From a candidate division WOR-3 bacterium (GTDB lineage: Bacteria; Hydrothermota; Tepidihabitantia; Tepidihabitantales; JAOUPE01): a stretch of 12,941 nt of DNA. How positions within the stretch are numbered: the first letter of the stretch is position 1; the number at the start of each line of letters is the position of its first letter. A model generated the notes under the pieces. It saw nothing but the letters and a program-made list of their open reading frames with translations, was not told the origin of the DNA and did not search any database. A program made the translations under genes and the position numbers. The stretch is taken from contig JBDRUX010000071.1 of NCBI GenBank assembly GCA_039801565.1, positions 1-12,941 on the forward strand, in the 5' to 3' direction. Shown here one piece after another: positions 1 to 7,200 of this stretch.

Positions 1-2151
1 GTAGTAGATAGGGTTTTGGTTTTAGCGCCTTCGGTTACAATTGAGAAAGGACTAAGTGAAAAATTTACTGCTTTGTCCGGTGATTCGGAATTATTAAGAC
101 TGATGCCAGAAGATGCCAAGATTAAAAATCCAAGAATTATCAATGCCACGAAAAGAATCAAAGAGGGTGATATCTGTATTGAGAATATTCATTCGGTTTA
201 TGAGTATGTGAAATCATCGGTAAGGGATAGTCTAAAAGGAAATGGTGAAAGGACTTTGGTTTTGAATGACGAAGCCCACCATATTTTCAATCCACCGGGA
301 AGAGACTTTGCAATCAAGAAGTGGAAGGAGTTTTTATTAAATCCGGAATTTAATTTTTATTATATCGTGGGTGCGACCGGAACCGCTTATATCCAAAATG
401 AATATTTTACTGATGTTGTGTTTAGATATTCTTTAAGAGAAGCAATCGAAGACAAAATGGCAAAAACTATAGAATATGTGGCCGAAGACAGCCCAGGTGG
501 TGAGCAAGAAAAGTTTCAAAAGATTTACGATAACCATCTGGAAAATAAAAAGCGATGGCGCAAGATAAAACCTTTGACCATAATAATTACCAAGGATATT
601 AACCACTGCAAAAAGTTAACTGAAAAATGGATTGATTTTATTGCGGATAAAGAACGAATCGCTAAAAAGGAAGCCGAAAAGAAAATCTTAATCGTTACTT
701 CGTCAAATGAGCATAAAAAGAATGTGGCAAGGCTGGAGCGAGTGGACAGTAAAGAAGACCCAATAGAATGGATTACTTCAGTTAGTATGTTAACCGAAGG
801 CTGGGATGTTAAAAATGTCTTTCAGATTGTGCCACACGAAGAACGGGCATTCAATTCCAAACTCTTAATCGCTCAGGTCTTGGGTAGAGGATTGAGGATT
901 CCTGAGGTCTATAAGGGCGAACAACCAGTGGTAAGGGTCTTTAACCATGACAATTGGGCGAAAAACATTAGAAATCTGGTCGAAGAGGTGCTGGAAATCG
1001 AAAAGAAACTCCATTCCTATCCGATTAGAAAGGAGAAGGACTATAACTTTATTATTTACCAGATAAATTATAAAAAGGAAGAACAATCTTTTGCCACAGA
1101 GAAGAAAACGCATTATGAATTATTAAAGAAAGGCTATATAGCTTTTTCCCAGCAATTAGAAAGTGTAGATAAGACTACAATTTATGAAGAAGTTATAACT
1201 GGGGAAAGGGAGGAGAAAAAGACTAAGATTGAGTATAAAATGTATCCTTTAGATACCGTAGTTCGTGATGTGATAGAAAGGTTAAAAGCGTATGACTTAG
1301 AGGAAGGGACAAGTTATGCTAAAGAGTTTAACAAGAAAAAAATCCGAGAGATAATAAAGAACTCTTTAGCCAAGATTGGATATGATAACGATTTGGTTAG
1401 CGAGGAAAATTATCATAAGGTATTACAAGCATTTGGTGTCGTAAAGCGAAAGAAGACGAAGACCTTGCGCTATTTGATTAAAGAGAAGAATTTGTTTGAA
1501 TTAAATACCTCAGATTTGAAGACGACCACAATTGGGGTCAGCAATTTGCGAAAAGGCTACAGTGTATTTTATGATGAAGAGGCATTGAGGTTAAGCCAAA
1601 ATGAAGACAAGGCGGTGTTAACTGAAGTTATCCAGGACGAGAATTTGCCGAAATCGGCTGATAAGAGAGTGGCGAATAAATACCAATTCAAGACACCTTT
1701 GAATGTTGTATTTACGGCTTCCGAACCGGAAAGGAAATTTGTTGAACGATTGATTGCTAATGCTAATTTGGTAGATGCTTGGATAAAGTCAAGAGATACC
1801 GGATTTTATAGCATAGAGTATTCTTGGCAGAAAGGAACTCAAACCAGGCAGGACCGATTCAATCCAGATTTCTTTATCAAGAAAAGCAATTGTATCATTG
1901 TCGTAGAGATAAAAGATGATTCGCTAATAGATAAGATAAAAGAAGGCGGCGATGTTTCAGTAAAGACTAAATCCCAATATAAGTATGCGGTAGAGCATTT
2001 CAATGCAATCAATTCAAATCAGAAAAAACAAATTTATTATTTCTCTTTCCTTACGCCAAAAGATTTCGACGATTTCTTTGAGGTTCTGAAAAGAACTAAA
2101 TTTAAAGGGTTTAAGTCAAAGTTGGATGCTGAGTTGGAAGCCGGGTTATAA
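1..2151 (+). CDS. res: Type III restriction-modification system Res subunit (SF2 helicase-like ATPase plus C-terminal PD-(D/E)xK nuclease), 5'-truncated by the window edge
   Basis: Frame is open from base 1 (VVDRVLVLAPS...), so the TTG at 16 is not the true start and Walker A should lie upstream. Motifs: LNDEAHH (motif II), GATGT (III), SVSMLTEGWDV (V), QVLGRGLR (VI), and FNPDF...VVEIK (PD-ExK nuclease). Confidence 0.85.
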   Translation, partial: VVDRVLVLAPSVTIEKGLSEKFTALSGDSELLRLMPEDAKIKNPRIINATKRIKEGDICIENIHSVYEYVKSSVRDSLKGNGERTLVLNDEAHHIFNPPGRDFAIKKWKEFLLNPEFNFYYIVGATGTAYIQNEYFTDVVFRYSLREAIEDKMAKTIEYVAEDSPGGEQEKFQKIYDNHLENKKRWRKIKPLTIIITKDINHCKKLTEKWIDFIADKERIAKKEAEKKILIVTSSNEHKKNVARLERVDSKEDPIEWITSVSMLTEGWDVKNVFQIVPHEERAFNSKLLIAQVLGRGLRIPEVYKGEQPVVRVFNHDNWAKNIRNLVEEVLEIEKKLHSYPIRKEKDYNFIIYQINYKKEEQSFATEKKTHYELLKKGYIAFSQQLESVDKTTIYEEVITGEREEKKTKIEYKMYPLDTVVRDVIERLKAYDLEEGTSYAKEFNKKKIREIIKNSLAKIGYDNDLVSEENYHKVLQAFGVVKRKKTKTLRYLIKEKNLFELNTSDLKTTTIGVSNLRKGYSVFYDEEALRLSQNEDKAVLTEVIQDENLPKSADKRVANKYQFKTPLNVVFTASEPERKFVERLIANANLVDAWIKSRDTGFYSIEYSWQKGTQTRQDRFNPDFFIKKSNCIIVVEIKDDSLIDKIKEGGDVSVKTKSQYKYAVEHFNAINSNQKKQIYYFSFLTPKDFDDFFEVLKRTKFKGFKSKLDAELEAGL

Positions 2152-2247
2152 TAAAATATAATAATAATAAGAAGTATGTTTTTTAATTCTGGGAGTTCAA
2201 TTATGAAACAATCACGAAAATAATGAGTAAATTGAAAGGGAGTAAGA

Positions 2248-2597
2248 ATGAGTGTGCGAAAAGCTAAACACCGACTAGAAAAATGGAGGATAAAAAGCTG
2301 CGAAGCCAAAGGCAAGCAATTGAGCCGGGCGACCGAAGAAAAATGCGAAAGGCATAAACCCATCAGGAAAAACTGGAAAATGAAATGAAAGAGATATTGG
2401 GTAAATTTGGTGTACCAACCTGGCAGAATCTGAGCTATCTTAACTTTGCCCGAAAACTCGATAAATTTACCCGCCGCTATTCCGATAATGAACTTAAAAA
2501 ACAAATCGAACTCGCAATGGCACAAGGACTGAAACTAAATTTGGATAAGACAATACTGGAAAAAATAAAGGATTGCATACTTAGACAAAAATTTTAA
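2248..2597 (+). pseudogene. Split/frameshifted small basic alpha-helical protein resembling the SIRV2-fold (rudivirus/Adnaviria) major capsid protein
   Basis: SD-like GAAAGGGAG at 2234-2242, 5 nt before ATG 2248. Frame 1 reads MSVRKAKHRLEKWRIK...K* (stop 2386-2388). Frame 3 is open from 2358: THQEKLENEMKEILGKFGVPTWQNLSYLNFARKLDKF...KLNLDKTILEKIKDCILRQKF* (stop at 2597). One added base between about 2356 and 2386 fuses them into 116 aa. The motif order RxxKWxxK ... ILxxFGV ... YxxF ... NxxxxILxxI matches the SIRV2 MCP as I recall it. No search was run. Confidence 0.55.
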
Positions 2598-2606
2598 ACC
2601 AGCCCT

Positions 2607-2846
2607 TTGTCTACCCGCTTACTTCCCAGATAGCCTACGAGGTAGCTTCCAAGCTTGCTCCCGAAGTTGCCTACGAAGTAGCCCCCTAACCTGTTTCCGA
2701 GGTTACTTCCTAACTTGTTTCGGAAGTTGCTTACGAAGTCACTCCCTAACCTGCTTACCAACCAGCTCCCCAAGTAGCTTCCGAGGTAACTCCCCAAGCA
2801 ACCTACGGGGTAGCTTAGGGGGTAGCCTACGGGGTCACCCCCTATA
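2607..2846. repeat. Tandem array of 20 degenerate 12-bp units, consensus approx. TWGCYTMCGARG, with no indels
   Basis: Units in register from 2607: ttgtctacccgc, ttacttcccaga, tagcctacgagg, tagcttccaagc, ttgctcccgaag, ttgcctacgaag, tagccccctaac, ctgtttccgagg, ttacttcctaac, ttgtttcggaag, ttgcttacgaag, tcactccctaac, ctgcttaccaac, cagctccccaag, tagcttccgagg, taactccccaag, caacctacgggg, tagcttaggggg, tagcctacgggg, tcaccccctata. Confidence 0.92.
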
Positions 2847-2978
2847 CGATACCCCCTCCCAAAGGAAAATTAAATATAAAATATTAAAAATCAAATAGAT
2901 AGACGAAAAAATTGATCATTTTAAACTTGAAATATATTTCAAGTTTTTCTGGCACTATATATTATGGTTCTGTATGTG

Positions 2979-2987
2979 TTATCCACA
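2979..2987 (+). promoter_or_regulatory. Single perfect DnaA-box match TTATCCACA
   Basis: Exact 9-mer consensus in intergenic DNA. It is a single copy, so function is unproven. Confidence 0.3.
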
Positions 2988-3047
2988 AGGAAATTCCGTT
3001 GGGTATTTGGAGGAACACTTAGCATGAAACACGCCTTACGATTACCA

Positions 3048-3075
3048 TTGACATTATTGAGAAAAAGGTTATACT
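3048..3075 (+). promoter_or_regulatory. Sigma70-type promoter for the CDF transporter
   Basis: TTGACA (3048-3053), 16-nt spacer, TATACT (3070-3075), ending 15 nt before the GTG at 3091. Confidence 0.7.
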
Positions 3076-3090
3076 CAAGCACCTTGCGTT

Positions 3091-4014
3091 GTGAATAAAA
3101 TCGTTGATAAATTAATTTTACTTTTTCGACTAAATCGTGGTGACCAGGTAAAAAATTATGGCTATTTTGAGGGTTTTCTCAGTATCGTTGTTAATTTATT
3201 ATTGTTCATTTTGAAATTCACTTTTGGAACAATTTTAAATAGCATTGCGTTGATTGCGGATTCGTTGCATACCTTATCGGATATTTTCACTTCGGTTTTA
3301 ATTGTAGCCGGTTTTAAAATTTCGGCTAAGCCGCCGGATGAGAAACATCCTTTCGGCCATGGTCGAGCCGAACAAATCTTGGCGATTATTGTCGCTTCAA
3401 TCTTAATTTTTGTTGGTATCGAATTTTTGATAAATTCAATTAAAAGGTTTATCCAGCCCGTACCAATTCATACTAATCTTCTTATTATAATTCTCCTTGG
3501 GCTTTCAATTCTGGTCAAAGAATTTTTAACTGCAGTTGCACTTAATCTTAGTAAAAGAATTAATTCTTCATCCTTAAAAGCTGATGCTTGGCACCATCGA
3601 ACCGATTCGATTGCTACCGCGCTTGTTGTAATTGGTTTTATGGCTTTCCATCTAGGCATCTATTGGCTGGATGGAGTCTTGGGAATTGGAATCTCACTTC
3701 TTATCGTTTATACCGGAGTGATTATCATTCGGGAGTCAGGAAGTTTTTTATTAGGTGAGGCACCAAAGCCAATGGTCGTGGATAAGATTAAAGAGATTGT
3801 GCATAACCGGGATGGTGTCGCTGATGCCCATGATATTCATGTCCACGATTACGGAGGTAAACTTTTAATTACGGTTCATATCCGGATGAAAGATGATACC
3901 CATCTTGACGACGCTCATCGTGTCGCAACCGAAATTGAAGAGGCGATAAGAAATTCGATTGTTGGGGCTTCAGTAACAGTGCATATCGAACCAAATAACG
4001 AAATGACAAGTTGA
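3091..4014 (+). CDS. Cation diffusion facilitator (CDF) family divalent metal efflux transporter, FieF/YiiP-like
   Basis: 307 aa with about 6 hydrophobic segments. CDF signature SIALIADSLHTLSD, loop motif DEKHPFGHGRAE, TM5 ADAWHHRTD, and a C-terminal dimerisation domain (HDIHVH...VTVHIEP). Confidence 0.95.
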   Translation: MNKIVDKLILLFRLNRGDQVKNYGYFEGFLSIVVNLLLFILKFTFGTILNSIALIADSLHTLSDIFTSVLIVAGFKISAKPPDEKHPFGHGRAEQILAIIVASILIFVGIEFLINSIKRFIQPVPIHTNLLIIILLGLSILVKEFLTAVALNLSKRINSSSLKADAWHHRTDSIATALVVIGFMAFHLGIYWLDGVLGIGISLLIVYTGVIIIRESGSFLLGEAPKPMVVDKIKEIVHNRDGVADAHDIHVHDYGGKLLITVHIRMKDDTHLDDAHRVATEIEEAIRNSIVGASVTVHIEPNNEMTS

Positions 4015-4087
4015 CAGGTAAGCCTTTCTAAAAAAGAAGCCGAACGAATGTCAATCCGCAAAAGAATTCTTATTCGGAAAAGTAAGC

Positions 4088-4138
4088 AATTCTTGAGGAA
4101 TTTTCTTTTTATCTTTTAAAATCCGATTTGGATTCGAC
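4088..4138 (+). repeat. Dispersed intergenic repeat, copy 1 (REP/MITE-like)
   Basis: AATTCTTGAGGAATTTTCTTTTTATCTTT (29 nt) is identical to 12870-12898, followed by AAAATC, a hairpin and GATTCGAC as in copy 2. Confidence 0.85.
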
Positions 4139-4293
4139 GCTCGTCTTTTTGGTTTTTTGAAATTGCTGAACTGTTAAATGCAAAGCATCGGTTGAGCAAA
4201 ACTAATCATTCAACGACATCGTTTAACAATAATTATCGAGTAATAGCAAAACGACAAGTATCAGTGGATAACGCTTTTGTTCGCGAATTCGTT

Positions 4294-7200
4294 TTAACGC
4301 ATCTTCACCAATTTTTTCGAAAGTTTGCAATGCGGACTTTCTAATTTAACGACATAGACACCGACCGGTAATTCGGAAATGTCTAATTTAATTTTGCCCA
4401 TATTGGCATTAGCGGGGTAGGAAAGTATTTGCACTAACTCGCCACAAGCGCTGTAGAGCTTTAGAATTAACCCAGCCGGTCTTGCCAACTCGTATTCCAC
4501 CATTGCGACCTTACTTGCTGGATTGGGCACAATGTTCACTCGATTATTCTTAAGTGGTTGGTTAGAACTACTGGTTATTCCTTCTTGGGCATTGTATGGC
4601 GACGGGATTTGAAGTTGCGGCTGCGCCATCTTATACATCCAGAATTCGTTGGTGTTGCCACCCTTGAAAGCGTAAATCCGTTTCAATCCAGGGGCAATTG
4701 TTAGCGAACCACCGGCTTTCACCCGTTTCTTATTCGTACCCAGTGGGATTGGTTCTTTAGTAACCCAAGTGTCTTTTTCAATCTCATAAGCCCAGAATTC
4801 ATTAGTATTGCCACCTTTGAAGGCATACAACAAGCCGGCACCGTCACTGACGATAGCTGCTCCGTCTTTTACTTTCTTTTTCTTATTCATTGTCCCAAAG
4901 AGCGGCATCGGTGTTTTTATCCGCCAGGAATCTTGATTTACATCATAGGCGTAAAATTCGTTGGTTTTAGCTTTGAGGACAAATATTGTATTAGTCAACA
5001 GGTCATAGGTCATACAACTGCCATTACTAATTGGTTTACCTGAAGGGGCAAGGGTTATTGATTTTCGTACCAACCAGGTATCAGCGTCAATCCAATAGGC
5101 ATAGAATTCATCGGTCTTGCTTCCTTTAAGACAGAAGATAAAATTGGTATCGTCTTTAGTAACAAAAGCCAAACCCGAACCACCTTTAATCTTTTTACCT
5201 TTTGGTCCAGCTGGAACCGGTTGTTTTTCATACCAACTATCCACCTGTGGGGTATAGCGCCAGAACTCAGCGGTATTACTCCCTTTTAGTGCATAGATAT
5301 AACCGCCGCCGTAACATAAGCAAGCGCCACCTTTTACTCGTTTCGGTTTTGCACCAAGGCTTGGTATTGAGCAAACTTGTGTCCAACTATCATTGGCGAT
5401 ATGATAGCGGTAGAATTCATTGGTATTCGAACCTTTTAAGGCATAGACGGTTGACTCCGGCACAAAGACCAATGAACCGCCTTGTTTTACTTTTTTTCCG
5501 CTACCAAGCGGTAACGGGCTCTTTTGAATCCAGGCAAAATAGGGACTAACAATTGTGCTACCGGTTAGAAAATCGTTGTTAGGATGCATATCTCCCGGCA
5601 AAACAACTCGTGTCTCTAACCAATAAATCCCCAATGATTCCGGTCGCCAAGGAGCAAATTCAACCACGAGTTGACTATTCGGTTCTAAGTTGATGTTAAC
5701 CGTATCAAGGTAGATTGGGGTTAAACCTTTCGTTATCTTAAACCAGACCGGACAACTAACCGATTGATTGCCAAAATTAAAAACTTGCGTTTTCGGAACG
5801 ATACCTTGGCCCTGGGATGTTGTTTCCGCTGGAACAATAATCGCTAAGACCGCAACATCACGCACCACTACAAAGACACTTTCACTTTGGTAGTTATTTT
5901 CTGGATTGTTGTCATTAAGTTGAACAGTACATTGAACTAAGTTGTAATTTCGAGTTAGCGCGTTCCATAGGTCAAAAGTCACTAAGGTTGTCTCACCAGC
6001 TGGCAAAGTGATATTCCGAACCGAATTGTAATTAGGCGCAATTAAACATTGTACAGTGAAGTTTTCGGAATAGGTTCCATAGTTGGCTACCTGTGCCTGA
6101 ATTGTTACGGCGGTACCAGAGTCAACCGCAGTCGGCAGGTTAGCGAAACCAATAACTCCAACATCGTGGACATTGACCGTTATCAAACCGCTTATTTGAT
6201 TGTTATTGGGATTGACATCATTACTCACCATAGTGCTACACTGGCGTGGGTAAGTTCCTCGAGGTTGTAGAACTGGCCAATCATCGAAAATAACCAGTTG
6301 GGAACTATTAGGCGCCACAGTTACTGAACGGACACTGGAATAGAAATTGCCGATTTTGTATCTAACATTAAAAGTTTCGTTGTAGGTGCCATAATTAGCT
6401 ACCGTAGCGCTGACTAAAACTGTGGTATTGGTATCAACTTCTGGCGGTGGTGAGTTGAAAGTTGCCACACCGACATCGTGCACCATAATCGCAACCGAAC
6501 CGGATTGGATATTGTTATTAGGATTAGCATCCGAACTCAATTTGGTACTACAGCGCAAACTATAATTGCCACGGGGTTGGGTCACTGACCAAGTAGCAAA
6601 ATTGACAAAACTCGAGTCACCAGCTTGAATAGTAATGGTGCTGGTATCCGAATAGAAATTATCAATCCGAAATTCGACAGTAAAGGTTTCTTGATAGGTG
6701 CCATAGTTTTTAACCAAGGCTTGCACCGGTACATTAGTATTAGTGTCAACCTGACTGGGCGGTGACAGAATTTGGGCAACCCCAACATCGTGAACTTGTA
6801 CCGTAACGCTACCGGTCTTAATATTATTATTTGGATTAGCATCATTGCCTAAACTGGTTGAGCAGGCGTAAAAATAGGTATTCCGAGTCTGCAGCACCTG
6901 CCAGGTATCAAAATTGACAACTGCCCATTCCCCGGGGAGTAGGGTTAAGGTTCGGTTACTGGTATAAAAATTGCCAATCCGGAATTGCACCGAAAAGTTC
7001 TCAGTCTCTGAACCGTAATTTCGGACAGTTGCAGTTACGGGCACGGTTGTGTTCGAATCAACCGAACTGGGCGGTGAAGAGATATCTACTACGCCAACAT
7101 CATGCACCCTAACCACGAAACTGCTGTCGCGCCAATTATTAGCAGTTATTTGGTCACCAACCAAAGCGGTTGAACAGCGAGTTGTGTAATTCCCGCGTGG

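Noticed and set aside
16..18. TTG start for the Res protein
   Set aside because: The frame is open to the window edge and the N-terminal Walker A motif is missing, so the gene starts upstream.
2037..2525. 162-aa minus-strand ORF
   Set aside because: It is antisense to the res 3' end and the capsid-like gene. Its Phe/Leu/Ile-rich composition reflects the A-rich plus strand, and it has no recognisable motif.
2594..2797. 67-aa minus-strand ORF with GSYL-like tetrapeptide repeats
   Set aside because: It appears to be a by-product of the 12-bp period. The TTG start lies inside the array, the frame has no ATG or RBS up to the stop at 2870-2872, and a plus-strand frame is equally open. Coding is not fully excluded, because the most variable position coincides with a wobble position.
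2607..2846. CRISPR array interpretation
   Set aside because: There is no constant 23-47 nt repeat with unique spacers and no cas genes. The units are contiguous 12-mers.
4015..4293. Canonical intrinsic terminators between the convergent CDF and Ig-repeat genes
   Set aside because: Only short AT-rich stems were found (for example AAGAATTCTT 4062-4071 and the repeat hairpins), with no strong GC stem plus U-tract that I can support.
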